64,000 nucleotides of DNA from a virus. Under the pieces are notes generated by a model that was not told where the DNA came from, searched no databases, and worked only from the letters and a program-made list of their open reading frames with translations. Both the position numbers and the translations under genes were made by a program. This document shows, piece by piece, positions 1 to 10,900 of the stretch. The stretch lies in UHGV virus genome UHGV-2025275. One strand, written 5' to 3'. Every line of letters begins with the position of its first letter. The first letter of the stretch is position 1.

Positions 1-660
1 CCCTCCAAGGTCATTACGTATTCTACTAATGCTTCAATCTCGGCCTCAGCCTTTTTGTCGCGTTCGGCTCCGGTCATCTCAAAGATTGAACGGCCCGCCT
101 CTTCGGCATCGTCATAGACGTTGCGGTTGTAAAGGTTCACCGGTGCCGCCTCGATACCGAAGGTTTCGACAATTTCTTTTGCAGCGATAATGCGCGCCGC
201 CTGTGAAGGCAGAGACGGGCATTGGTTCATTACAGCACGGATTTTGATTTTGTCATTCACGCTGCTAACGCTGTCGACAATGGGGTCGATGTCACGCAAG
301 GATTTCAGATCGCGACGTTTCGGGCGAAGCGGGATAAGTATCACGTCAGCCATCAGCATAGCGTGGCGCTGAATTTCGGAGTCGAAACCACCAGCGTCGA
401 CTACGACGTAATCGTAACGGCCACGAAGCGAAGTGATGTGTTTGATGATGTCATCCTGGACGTAGGCGAACGGGATCAGCTCCAACTCTTCATTATGCCG
501 GCGGTCTTCACACCATCCTGTCGTGGTGCGCTGGATGTCGATATCAGTGATCTGGACTTTCTTTTTCTTTTTGATTTTCAGACAGGCTGCAATTTGCTGA
601 GCAACAGTCGATTTGCCTGGGCCACCCTTGGTGCCGCCCACCACAATGATCTGAGTCATT
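1..660 (-). CDS. parA: ParA-like partition ATPase, type Ib (no N-terminal HTH). The C-terminal part runs off the window start.
   Basis: Hand translation of the minus strand from an ATG at 660 gives MTQIIVVGGTKGGPGKSTVAQQ..., with the deviant Walker A KGGxGKS(T). The frame is open to position 1, and an AGGGA-like RBS lies upstream. The + ORF 222..665 in the track is its antisense. Confidence 0.75.
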
Positions 661-694
661 CGTGATATCCCTACGTGTGATTTATCGTCGTATG

Positions 695-726
695 AAACAA
701 CTTGTTTTCTTATATGCGATATAGCC
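695..726 (-). promoter_or_regulatory. Copy of the conserved early-gene upstream element (AAACAACTTGTTTTCTT...GCGATAT on +). It sits just upstream of the parA start.
   Basis: Same motif family as the ten copies at 43496-53778. On the minus strand it reads ...TGCGATAA..., which is extended -10-like, followed by the AAACAAnTTGTTT dyad. Confidence 0.45.
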
Positions 727-856
727 TAAATGCCTACGGCTACGGTGTAAAGGTGAAATGATAGGCAATGCAGGGCGTTAGCTCACAGAGCAAACTAACA
801 GTTGAATGTTTAGCCTATTAGACTTATATTGATTGTACGGAAAAATGCCGTACACA

Positions 857-1010
857 AACCTGAAACTTAGAACCTGAAACTTAGAACCTGAAACTTAGAA
901 CCTGAAACTTAGAACCTGAAACCTAGAACCTGAAACCTAGAACCTGAAACCTAGAACCTGAAACCTAGAAACTGAAACCTAGAAACTGAAACCTAGAAAC
1001 TGAAAACTCG
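857..1010. repeat. 14-bp direct tandem repeat array in three unit variants: GAACCTGAAACTTA x4, GAACCTGAAACCTA x4, GAAACTGAAACCTA x2, plus one degenerate copy. Candidate parC-like centromere/iteron array.
   Basis: Eleven consecutive head-to-tail units are read directly in the sequence. They lie 200-350 bp upstream of the parA start and immediately upstream of tacA. Confidence 0.85.
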
Positions 1011-1058
1011 ACTTTAGAGATGCCTCGCGAGCAAAGGCGTGGGGCTAGGAGTACAAGC

Positions 1059-1328
1059 ATGTCAGCACTGAAAAAACAGCGCATCGATCTCAGATTAACC
1101 GACGACGACAAGAGCATGATCGAAGAAGCTGCGGCAATGACCAACCAGACGATTACTCAGTTTATGGTTGCCAGTGCCTCTGAACGTGCTGCGGAAGTGA
1201 TAGAGCAACATCGCCGATTGATTCTTAGCGAAGAGTCCTGGAATCTGGTAATGAATGCTATCAGCAACCCGCCTGCACCGAATGATAGGCTGAAACGAGC
1301 TGCCAAGCGTCTACAAAGCATGGAGTAA
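1059..1328 (+). CDS. tacA: TacA/KacA/AtaR-like RHH antitoxin (DUF1778 type)
   Basis: 89 aa, MSALKKQRIDLRLTDDDKSMIEEAA... An AGGAG RBS lies 8 nt upstream of the ATG at 1059; the track's 1020 start has no RBS and begins inside the repeats. It is immediately followed by the GNAT toxin gene. Confidence 0.7.
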   Translation: MSALKKQRIDLRLTDDDKSMIEEAAAMTNQTITQFMVASASERAAEVIEQHRRLILSEESWNLVMNAISNPPAPNDRLKRAAKRLQSME

Positions 1329-1331
1329 GAC

Positions 1332-1856
1332 GTGGCCGATCTGACCATAGAGATGTTTTCAGCACAAGCCGTTTACGATTTTTCGGGCTTCGACTGCGGC
1401 GAACCATCTCTGAATGATTTCCTGCAAAACCGCCTGGTACAGCAACACAACGGGCGTATATTACGTGGCTACCTGCTTCTTACCAAAGATCCGGTGCCGA
1501 AAGTTAAGGGTTTTTACACGCTATCCGGGAGCTGTTTTGCAAGACAGACGCTACCATCGAACACCCAGAAGCGGAAAATCCCCTACGCAGATGCACCCAG
1601 CGTTACGCTTGGCCGTCTGGCAATAGATATCAGCCTACAGAAACAAGGCTACGGGGAGGTTCTCGTAACGCACGCGTTGAAGGTTGTTTATCAGGCTTCT
1701 CGCGCAGTAGGCATATACGCTTTGTTTGTGGATGCACTAAACCAAAGCGCAATGCAGTTCTATCAGAAGTTTGGATTCATCCCTTTGACGGGGGCGAATG
1801 CCAACTCGCTTTTCTACCCCACGAAAAGCATTGAAGAGCTGTTTGAAGCAGAGTAA
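1332..1856 (+). CDS. tacT: GNAT-family acetyltransferase toxin (TacT/KacT/AtaT-like)
   Basis: 174 aa with a GTG start 4 nt after the tacA stop and a GGAG RBS. Shows the GNAT motif around QKQGYGEVLV. The small RHH-then-GNAT order matches tRNA-acetylating toxin-antitoxin modules. Confidence 0.7.
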   Translation: MADLTIEMFSAQAVYDFSGFDCGEPSLNDFLQNRLVQQHNGRILRGYLLLTKDPVPKVKGFYTLSGSCFARQTLPSNTQKRKIPYADAPSVTLGRLAIDISLQKQGYGEVLVTHALKVVYQASRAVGIYALFVDALNQSAMQFYQKFGFIPLTGANANSLFYPTKSIEELFEAE

Positions 1857-1861
1857 ACGAA

Positions 1862-1887
1862 GCCCCTCAATCGAGGGGCTTTTTTAA
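1862..1887. terminator. Bidirectional rho-independent terminator between the convergent tacT (+) and o-spanin (-) genes
   Basis: GCCCCTC aatc GAGGGGC followed by TTTTTT on +, and A-run/T-run symmetry. The o-spanin stop codon overlaps the T-run. Confidence 0.8.
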
Positions 1888-2120
1888 TTCAAGGCTTGCC
1901 TGTCCTGCCAGTTGCACAATCGCTCCCCCATCGTGTTATGGAAGAGGATCTCGCGTTCCGTCTCTTCGGTCATACAGTCGTCGTTACTGACATAAATAGG
2001 GTTTGCTGCATCGCAAAACAGCACGCCGGAAGTCTGTGTCTTAATCACGCAGCCACTTATCATGCAGCTCGCGATGAACAGCAGAAGCATCTTTCCGCCG
2101 CACCTCATCAAGTGTTTCAT
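1884..2120 (-). CDS. o-spanin (Rz1-like outer-membrane lipoprotein). It is out of frame with, and overlaps, the 3' end of the i-spanin gene.
   Basis: Internal start MKHLMRCGGKMLLLFIASCMISGC. A signal peptide with an I-S-G-C lipobox is followed by a short mature peptide. Gene overlap with Rz is classic. An alternative start at 2090 is possible. Confidence 0.55.
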   Translation of the reverse strand: MKHLMRCGGKMLLLFIASCMISGCVIKTQTSGVLFCDAANPIYVSNDDCMTEETEREILFHNTMGERLCNWQDRQALN

Positions 2121-2292
2121 TTTTGACGTCCACTGTACTTTGAAGCCTCTTTCTGTCTTCCTGTCGGGCCTTCTCTTCGATTGCTTGCCGAGCCGCACGA
2201 CCTCCCATCGTATAAGCACCGACAAGCACGAAAAGAACGGCAGCCAGAGTCATCAGAGCAAACTTCAGCTTTGAAAATAGGCTGCCGGTCAT
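2041..2292 (-). CDS. i-spanin (Rz-like)
   Basis: 84 aa from the internal ATG at 2292: MTGSLFSKLKFALMTLAAVLFVLVGAYTM, an N-terminal TMD, then a charged coiled-coil region (EEKARQEDRKRLQ...). Located directly after the endolysin stop at 2294. Confidence 0.6.
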   Translation of the reverse strand: MTGSLFSKLKFALMTLAAVLFVLVGAYTMGGRAARQAIEEKARQEDRKRLQSTVDVKNETLDEVRRKDASAVHRELHDKWLRD

Positions 2293-2293
2293 A

Positions 2294-2986
2294 TCAGACC
2301 ATCCCGTTCTGGTGTTTTCGCACCTGTGACCAGGCGATAAAGACAGCCACCACAATGGTCGCGATACCGAAGATGATCCGAACCGTATCACCACTGGTGA
2401 TGTGTCCCTGCGCCTTGTCCATTGCCGCAGAGACCTGTGGCATGACGTCGGCCAGCTGTGCCAGACCAATTCCCGCCGTAACGGTCGCACCGGCAGTCTC
2501 TTTGGTTACAGGAACAGCCTTCACGGTTTTCACCGGCTTAACGACACCAGCGCGACGCAGACCTTCCTCAATAACTTCTGCCGCATACCAGGTATTCGGC
2601 GTTTTGAGCGGGCCACGGCCATTTTCATGACGGATAATCGCCTCAACCAGTGGACGCAGAGTGTCGTAGTCGTGCAGATCGATGATCATGTCCTGGGTGA
2701 CGCCAACGGCTTTAGATACCTCGTTCACGTAAGCCACGGTGTTGTTTTCATGCGGCGGCGCCCAACGCTCGATGACTTCGCGGATCGTATCGATGCTGGA
2801 ACCGTCTTTTGCGCGGCGCTTATCATGGTAGGTGATGAGCGTCACAGTCAGTGCCCGAATCCCCCATACGGGGTCTTTGAAGGTGCAGAAACGCGTCTCT
2901 GCAGGGTTGTTTACTAACCCTTGCCACGGCGAACCTTTATCCAGGTTCCCGGGGTTATTGTTACGAATGCCTCTTGGAGTACCCAT
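2294..2986 (-). CDS. Putative endolysin / peptidoglycan hydrolase, assigned by its position in the S-R-Rz-Rz1 order. It has a C-terminal hydrophobic segment.
   Basis: Start taken at MGTPRGIRNNNPGNL, with an AGGAGA RBS 8 nt upstream. It has a conserved-looking NNPGN motif and a C-terminal stretch IIFGIATIVVAVFIAW. I do not recognise the catalytic family. Confidence 0.4.
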   Translation of the reverse strand: MGTPRGIRNNNPGNLDKGSPWQGLVNNPAETRFCTFKDPVWGIRALTVTLITYHDKRRAKDGSSIDTIREVIERWAPPHENNTVAYVNEVSKAVGVTQDMIIDLHDYDTLRPLVEAIIRHENGRGPLKTPNTWYAAEVIEEGLRRAGVVKPVKTVKAVPVTKETAGATVTAGIGLAQLADVMPQVSAAMDKAQGHITSGDTVRIIFGIATIVVAVFIAWSQVRKHQNGMV

Positions 2987-3002
2987 CCTTGTTGTTCTCC
3001 TG

Positions 3003-3326
3003 TTATTGCAGTCCATTTTTCACGCCATAAGCGGCCAAACCCAAAAGCAGTACGGTGATCAGGAACGAGGTAATCTTGGAAATAATGCCCCCAAAGAACC
3101 CGCTTGAAATTGTGTCGAGCCGATTAAGAAGTTTGTCCAGGTTGGAATGCTGAATGCTATGTTGCGCCGGAGTCATATCACCAAAGTAAGTTCGCAGTTG
3201 ATCGTTGACCTCCTGACCAATATCGTCGCGAAGCTCCTTACTTAATTTGCCGACGACTTCTCGCGCAACAATTGCGGCAATGCGCTCAACCTGCTCTGGC
3301 GTCACGCCTGCCATCTCGTTTGACAT
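3003..3326 (-). CDS. Holin-like small membrane protein with a single C-terminal TMD
   Basis: 107 aa from MSNEMAG..., with a GGAGG RBS directly upstream. The track ORF begins 4 codons earlier with M-E-E-D-M, giving two in-frame Met codons 4 codons apart. C-terminal ITSFLITVLLLGLAAYGV. It is the first gene of the lysis cassette. Confidence 0.35.
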   Translation of the reverse strand: MSNEMAGVTPEQVERIAAIVAREVVGKLSKELRDDIGQEVNDQLRTYFGDMTPAQHSIQHSNLDKLLNRLDTISSGFFGGIISKITSFLITVLLLGLAAYGVKNGLQ

Positions 3327-3384
3327 GTCTTCCTCCATGAATAAGTCAAATCGAATGGCGAATTTATATCATAAATTAAAAATT

Positions 3385-3412
3385 AATAGTAGGTAAGTGC
3401 TTACCTACTATT
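3385..3412. repeat. Dispersed palindrome family copy (AATAGTAGGTAAGTGCTTACCTACTATT)
   Basis: Near-perfect 28-bp palindrome between the tail fiber stop and the holin start. Family consensus is ATAGGTAAGTACTTACCTAT. Confidence 0.8.
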
Positions 3413-3425
3413 ATGATTAACTAAA

Positions 3426-4859
3426 TTACTCCTGAATGGCAGTAACCAAATCTGCGTCGAGAGCTGTTTGATTTACCTTAAGGATATCTCCCGCTTCGGA
3501 TGAATGAAGTGTATTCTCCAGTGATTCAACTCGTTGTAGCAGTACCTTAACAGTTGCCAGCATATCCATCATGAGCACGTTATTGTCCAATTGCAGGCGA
3601 TCGTCATTTACTTGCATGCCGTTCTTCATGTACGAAGTGTGCACCTGCTTAACATATTGAGGATCAACTTCCTGTGCCTGTTGAGCGACAATCCCTCTGC
3701 GAACTCTGCTCAGCTCATCATCGTTGTAGATAAACGTCACTAACTCAAGCTGACGAATGCGATCAACAGACAGCTGACCGTCAGTAGGTTCAATGTCATG
3801 CTTTAACCGCGCATCTGACGTCCCTTGAAATTGAACATTCCCATTCTGGCTACTGTAAATCCTGCCGCCAGGTAAGAACTGCCAGTACTGGACATCCTGC
3901 GAATAACCGCGAAGCATGACGACCAGTCGATGGTTGGTTCCGACCTGTTCCTCAAACCAGATACCTCCCGCCCCAGAGTCGCCATTCCCGTCCGCGCCCC
4001 GCGTGTTTAATCTCCACGTGCTCCTCGGGGTGGCGATGATATCTCCCACTGCTGGTGAACCGTCAGATGATAAACGGCATGTAAAGCCGTCGCTATAAGC
4101 TGAGTTGTACAAAGTGCAAGCACCATACATACCAGTACCTCCACGTACACGTAGCCCCGGAGTAATGGATAGCGCCACATCTTCTGTATAGATCCTGTGC
4201 GTATAGTCAGCCGTAGAATTGTTATGATGAAAGTCAATGAATGGCGTAGCAGCAGAAAGCTCAATGCTCCCGGCATCAATAGCAGTGAACTTCGTGGCAC
4301 TATCCTTTCGCAAAATTTGGCCTGAAGCCGTAATGTTGGCACTGAACGTAACGCCCTTACTGAACGTCTGAGTCTGTGTGAACGTGTTTGCGACGCTCGT
4401 TTTCGCCGCTGCGTTCAGCGAGTTGCTGAGAGCCGCAAGATCAGACGCTTTCGCCATTCCTGAAACAGCAGGAACAGTCACAGATGCACCTGTTAGAGGA
4501 TCTGTCATCGTAATATCGCCACTTCCAGTCAGTGCGGTAGACCATCCCTGGACAACGTTACGCCAAAGGGTGAATGCGCTGGCTAGTTGGTTCGCAAAAG
4601 ACGATGTACTGGCTGTTTCTGATGTGATAATTCCATATTTCGCACCAGAAAAAGCTGTTGTGATGTTTCTCGTCAAAGTCAGTTGAGTGTCATTATTAAC
4701 AGATTTGATGGCATACAGATCTGCACTTCCATTGCGATAAATGACAAGAATCGACCCCTCTTGAATACCAAGTGCAGCCTCCGACCACTTGGTGGAAATA
4801 CCAGTAACCTTTGTCTGGTTTGCTGCACCTGTAACGGTGCCAACTTCGTACATTGCCAT
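3426..4859 (-). CDS. Side tail fiber with a C-terminal intramolecular chaperone (peptidase S74-like) domain
   Basis: 477 aa from MAMYEV..., with an AAGGA RBS. The C-terminus contains SDARLKHDIEP, the hallmark of autoproteolytic chaperone domains of tail fibers and endosialidases, and ends in a coiled-coil tail. Confidence 0.7.
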   Translation of the reverse strand: MAMYEVGTVTGAANQTKVTGISTKWSEAALGIQEGSILVIYRNGSADLYAIKSVNNDTQLTLTRNITTAFSGAKYGIITSETASTSSFANQLASAFTLWRNVVQGWSTALTGSGDITMTDPLTGASVTVPAVSGMAKASDLAALSNSLNAAAKTSVANTFTQTQTFSKGVTFSANITASGQILRKDSATKFTAIDAGSIELSAATPFIDFHHNNSTADYTHRIYTEDVALSITPGLRVRGGTGMYGACTLYNSAYSDGFTCRLSSDGSPAVGDIIATPRSTWRLNTRGADGNGDSGAGGIWFEEQVGTNHRLVVMLRGYSQDVQYWQFLPGGRIYSSQNGNVQFQGTSDARLKHDIEPTDGQLSVDRIRQLELVTFIYNDDELSRVRRGIVAQQAQEVDPQYVKQVHTSYMKNGMQVNDDRLQLDNNVLMMDMLATVKVLLQRVESLENTLHSSEAGDILKVNQTALDADLVTAIQE

Positions 4860-4911
4860 AATTACATTCCTTGTTATTTTAATTGGCGGCTCTTGAAGAG
4901 CCGCCTGAAAC

Positions 4912-7900
4912 TTAAGCCAAAGAGATGGAGCCGGTTGTCCTGTACATGGAGATAACCCCTGTAAATCGGAACTGCCCGCTATCGCCACGATTAGGCCACT
5001 GGATCGTGATATTCTGCGTTTGGCCGTAATTTGATGCCGGTATACGAATGGAGAAAATTGAAGTTTCAAAATTTTTACCTTCGTTACCTGAATCAAATGT
5101 CCATACAACTGTTTCATCAACGCGGATTGTTACGTTTTGACGCCAAACCTGCTGAATAATAATAGACCCGTTAAACACCATACGACGCTCAAATGGCATG
5201 CCCTGCACAGTAGCTATAGGATACCGAGTACCTGATGATGTATCGGCTGTAGAAGGCCAGTTTTTAACAACACGGTCGGTCATTGTCACAACATCACCAA
5301 CAATTTTATTAGCTTGCACTGTGCCAAGCACAGTGCAGTTCTCATTAATAGTCACGTTGTTAAGTACGCCAGTATTTGCGTGAACTTCGCCTCTGATATA
5401 TACATTACTGAATCTGGAACGACCATCTTTGTTGATAAACCACGTAGGATATCCATCACTTTCACGACTATCAGAACTAATTTCTTGCGCGATTTTCGCA
5501 TTGGTGATGGAGCCATCCTTAATCACAGCGGCATTCATGTAGGCAACGCCATTTTCCACAACAAATGGTGTGGTAGTGTTTCCGTTAGAGGTATTGATTA
5601 AGCCGAAGCGATCAGCCTGAACCAGAAACTGGCTCTGCAAATTTTTGCCATCGATACCTAAAGCGATACCAGCAGCATACTTTTTACCGTTGCTGTTGGT
5701 TTCCATTTTGACCATCCAGGTGCTATTAACGTTGCCGTTTTCAACAACCGTTTTCTTCAGCTCCTGCAGCTCGGCAGACTGGCCTCCTACCTGGGCCGTT
5801 AAATTCGTTTGCTGCTGAGACAGCGCACTAATCGTTGTGGCCTGAGTCTGCTGAGTTGATTTAATTGCCGCCATCGAAGTGGTGGCGTTATTCAACTCCG
5901 TCTGGTTCTTGATGTTTGCCGATGCCTGCGCATCAATTTGCGACTGCAAGCTGGTATTCAGCGACGACTGCGTTTTCTCGTTGTTGGTGATGGTTTGCGC
6001 CATCTGATCAACCTTCGAAGACGCATCGTTCACCTGGGACGTCAAAGAGGACAGCTGAGACGCCTGGGATGTCACCTGCCCTTCTACATTGGTAACACGT
6101 GAGGTAAGGCTGGTGAGCGCGGATGCGTTCGCATTAGCCGAATCTTTAGCCTCTTTTGCGTCGGTGATATCGGTGACAACAACGTCATCGATATACAGAT
6201 CATACCCCGGTGTACCAGTGCCAGTTGTGCCGCGGGTAGATACCCAAAATGCGCCGCGAGTGTGGCCAGCGGCTACACGGAGCGTACCGGTGAATTTCTT
6301 CCATGCGCCTCTTGCACCCAATGCGGCTTCATTGATAGTGATTGCCGTCGGCCAGTTATTGTTGTTGGCAGCGTTTTGGGTCTGCAAACCAACGAGCGTT
6401 GACCACCCAGAGGATGGCGACTGATCTGCCGGCATCATCGCCCAGAGTTCAATGCGGAATACCGCATTTTCACGCAGAGCAATCCACTTACCGATGGTTT
6501 TATCGCTGTTTCCGCCCTCACCGGCGCCGCGGGAAACACGCAACGACTTCGTTCCGCTTCGTTTCTGAGAGCTGACGACGACCGCACGCGAGCCGCTGAT
6601 CTGCTGGTTTTCGGAGTACGTCTCCAGAGAACCATCAAACCACGGGTTGCTCCCCATCGCCTGAACAGTACTCAAAGAGTTTTTGAACGAAGTTGTCTGG
6701 CTGCTCTGGGTTTCAATTTCTTTCTCGTTCTGCGTGACGCGATTCGTTAATGCCGTTAACGCAGCCGCATCAGCTTTCTTCGAAACATTTGTGTTTGTGG
6801 TAGCAAGGTCATTCTTAAGTTGCGTAACCTGGCTGCCCTGGCTGGTGATGTCATTCTCTGTCTTGGTCACACGACTATCGAGCTTAGTGATCGCGCTCGA
6901 GTTCGCCTGAGTTTCAACAGAGTCGGTCACATCGACGACATAAAAATCATCAAAGTACATCGCGCCGGCTGACAAGAAAGCAGTGAACTGAACGTCAGCA
7001 AGGACATCCTTTGTCGCCTTCCATGTCCAAGACACCTCCTGCCAGTTAGAGGTGAACGGGCCATAAGCCTTACTTGCGATCAGGCCATTACCGTCCGCCA
7101 CACGGAATTTTGTATTGTCGGTCGACTGAATGGTGGTATTAGGGTCCTGCTTTGCCCAAATTCCAATTTTGTACGACCGATCCTTCTTGAAGGAGATCTT
7201 CTGGCCTACGCCTGCAGAACCACCCGCTGCTAGTTTGGCGGCTTTGGTGCCAAGATGTGGAACCTGCAGCGTTGCCACCGTGGCAATACCGCTCCAACCA
7301 GTGTAGCCCTCCGTACCACGCTCAAAAGACGGGTTTACGATCAGGTTACCGGGGATCTGGCTTGCTGCATCCACGCTGGCGTTACTGGACGCAAGGCTGT
7401 TTTCCAGCGCTGTTGTCGAGGAGCTCAGGGAGTCAATATTATCCCCTTGGGTCTTCACTGTATTCTGGAGCGTGGTAATTGCAGATGCGTTCGCATCAGC
7501 CTTCATCATCACACCACCAGCGGCGCCCAGCCCCATCATTACCCCGTTCACAAACTCGACTGAGGTCGAAATGTGGGCGGTGCCGTCGCCACCGGTTGGC
7601 GCACGCAGTTCCAGACCATCGCCCGGCTTCATACCTTTGCGGCCAAGGAGAATGTAGGCGCCACGATACGGCAGAGAGTTAACGACTTCGGAAGTGCCAC
7701 CAAGAGATTCCAGGGCAGACAACACCTTACCTCGGTTGCCAGTTGGCTCATCGAATGTCAGGACGCAAACGTAAGTCCCACTGGCCAGTGCCTCGATATC
7801 AGCCGACATCGTGGCGCCATTATTCGCGCTGCCAAAGACATCGTATGTTTTGGAGGTCGCAATCACCGTTGATCCGTCGCTGTGTTTTGCAAAAGTGACC

Positions 7901-10900
7901 AGCGCCCAGCTGCGACCAGGAGTAAACAGGTTCTTGCCGCTTTCATCAAACACCCCATGGGTAACGCTATTGCCATTACCCCGTGCGGTTACAGTAAACA
8001 CAGTGCGACGGTTCATCGAGGCCTGCAGGCTGGTAATGCTGCTGTTCGCTGCGGTTAAATCGTCACCCTGAGATGTCACCGTGTTCCGGAGATCCTGCAA
8101 TGCTGAAGCATCAGCTTTCTTGGCAATGTTGTTCTGAGCTGTCGACAGCCCGTTTTCCAGCGATGTGGTGCGATTACCGATAGAGCTTATGGAAGTGCCC
8201 TGCTGATTCACTGTCGTTGTCAACAAGTCCACAGCCGACGCGCTGGCGCTATCAGCCGGAGAGTCGTTCCAGTCGGAAACAACGTTACCTACCTCAAACT
8301 TCGGGCTGTTGATGTACACCGTCTGGTCTTTGGAGGTATTGCTCTCGATACGGCACAGAATCAGGCGCTTGGTGCCCGTGGTAGGTGTCTGTTTCCACTT
8401 AACCCAGTAGCGGGCCCATGAAGTGGTCAGCGTGAACTGCGCACGGCCATCACTGTTGTTACCCTTCGCACCCTGGCTGGTCTCGATAGACGTTGTAGTG
8501 TTCGGATTGTAGAAGAACGCCGTCATAATCTGGCCAGCAACACCGCCTTTCGCATAGAAGCTGTAAACGTACTCACCTGCATCGACCGGCGACTCAAGCG
8601 TGATTTCCCGCAAATCCCTGTAACCGGAGCCGGCTTTTACAGTTGCGCCAATTACCGCGTTACCACGATACGTGTCGCTGGTAACGTTCAACCAGCCGGT
8701 CATATCGCCAGAGTTCTTAATCAGGTTTGTACCGCCAACAGAAATGGCATCAACCTTGTTGTTCAGATTCGTGACAGAAGAACTCGTTGAGTTAATGTCT
8801 TTTTCGGTCTGGGTAACACGGTTGGTCAGTGCCGTCAGAGCATTGGCGTCCGCTTTTTGAGCAACGTTTGCATTTGTTGTTCTCAAATTATTCTCAAGAT
8901 TGGTAGTACGTGTACCAATGCTGGAGATATTCTCCCCCTGCTGATTTACCGTAGAGGTCAGCGAATCAACCGCTTTCGCCGTAGCATCGAGAGAATCCTG
9001 AACTTTGGAGGAGTCGGTTACGTTCCGCAGATGCCAGTCGGTCACATACCAGACGGTGCCGAACGGGCTGGACTGGTTGATTTGCAGGAATGGACGGAAG
9101 AAACCGCGATCGACAATTCCCTGATTAATTTTGAAACGCCAGGTTACTCGCTGCCATGTGGCCGACGCCTTGCGGTTGCCGCCAGATGACAGAGGCGCGC
9201 CCACGCTGCCGCTTGGCCGTGTTGCGGTTCCGAGATACAGGTTGAAATCAGCGGAGCCGGTGCCACACGCGACGAGAGCAGACATTTCATAGACATCCCC
9301 CAATGTCGCCGGAATAGCAGCAAAATTTGGGTGATGGTCGCGAGCCGCAATGCGTGCAACATAAGCGTATGGGCAATTGGCTGGCACGCCCTCAGACGAG
9401 CTGGAAACCACAGTGAAGCCCATCTGACTAAACTCTGGGTCAAATGTCGGGTTGCTAATCAAATCGCCACTTGTCGCATTCCCTGCGCGTACAGATGAAT
9501 TAAGCGCAGTGATACTGCTATTCGCGGAGGATAAGCCCGACTCTGTTTGATCGACGCGCCCGGACAACACGCTTAAAGCGCTCTGATCCGCTTTTTTACT
9601 GACGTTGTTATTGGTCGTTGCCAGGTCATTTGTCAGTTTGGTGATGCTGTTACCCTGACTGGTGATCTGGTCACCCTGTTGGGAGACGGTCGAGTCCAGT
9701 GTCGAAATCGCATTGGCGTTAGCATCTGCTGTACTTTGCGCATTGTAGGCATCAGTTACTTCGGTAATGACCAGGTCATCAATAAGGAATGAGTTTCCCG
9801 CCTTAACGCTGCTAACGTTAGGAATAGAAATCCTCACCATTGCCTGCTTAATACCGCTCTTCGTTGATTTCAGGTAACCAGAAACCTTCGTCCATTGAGC
9901 TGTAGACAGATCTTTCGCCGCTTTGGTTACTGCTGGCCACTGCCAGGAGTTGTCCTGATACTGGAGCGACAAGCCAATGGAGATCTGCGCATTCTCGGCC
10001 ATAGCGGTGCTCTTGGCATCCAGCTTAACCCAGCATTCCATATAGAAGACTGCGTTATCGCGAACCTGGAACCCGCTGAAAATGTGATTATCGCTGTTAT
10101 CAGTTGCGTTAGCGTTGTAATCATTCGGACGCGTCACACGGATGCACTTACTACCGCCATGCGAGTCATCAGTGGTCACGATAACGCGATTATTTGATAG
10201 ATTATGGCCAACCGCGTAGCTTTCAAAAGTGCCATCAGGAAGCAGATTGGCGCCGCGTTTGGATTGCTGGTTCAGAGAGCTGCTGAGCGACGTAATGTTG
10301 CTGTTCGCCGCCGTCAGACCGGACTCCGTCTTCTCTACCCGACCTGTCAGCGTAGTGACTGCCGACTGATCGGCCTTTTTCGCGATGTTTGCGTCAGCGA
10401 CTTCGAGGTCATTGGTCAACTTAGTGATGCTGTTGCCCTGACTGGTGATCTTGTCACCCTGCTGCGTCACCGTGCTCGACAACGTAGACAGCGCATCGCT
10501 ATTAGCCTTGATCTTCACCTCATCCGTGATATCAAAGACCTTAAAGGTATCAACCCAGATTTCGGCATTAGCCGGGTGCGCGTAAAGCTTAAAGTTCTGA
10601 CCATCAGCGTTAGAGGCAGTAAGCCCAGTCTCCCAGGTAATGGTCTGCCACTCACTGGTGAGTGTGACGTTTTTATCTTCATAATTGCTGTCGGTCTGGC
10701 CGATTTTATTCTGGCGCCGGATCAACATGTTCATCGCCCCGGACACGCCCTTGGCTTTAACCACAACACGATATTTGCGCTGACCATTAAGCGGCAGCGG
10801 CTTGTTGTTGTTGGAGAAGATGCCTGGGCTGGTCGTGGTCGTCCGGTTCAGCTTAACCCCAGCCTTACCATCACCGAAGTTGCCGAAAGCGACGCCCGCC

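Noticed and set aside
222-665. 147-aa + strand ORF
   Set aside because: It is exactly antisense to the ParA-like gene, which has a strong Walker A motif, and has no RBS. It is a shadow ORF.
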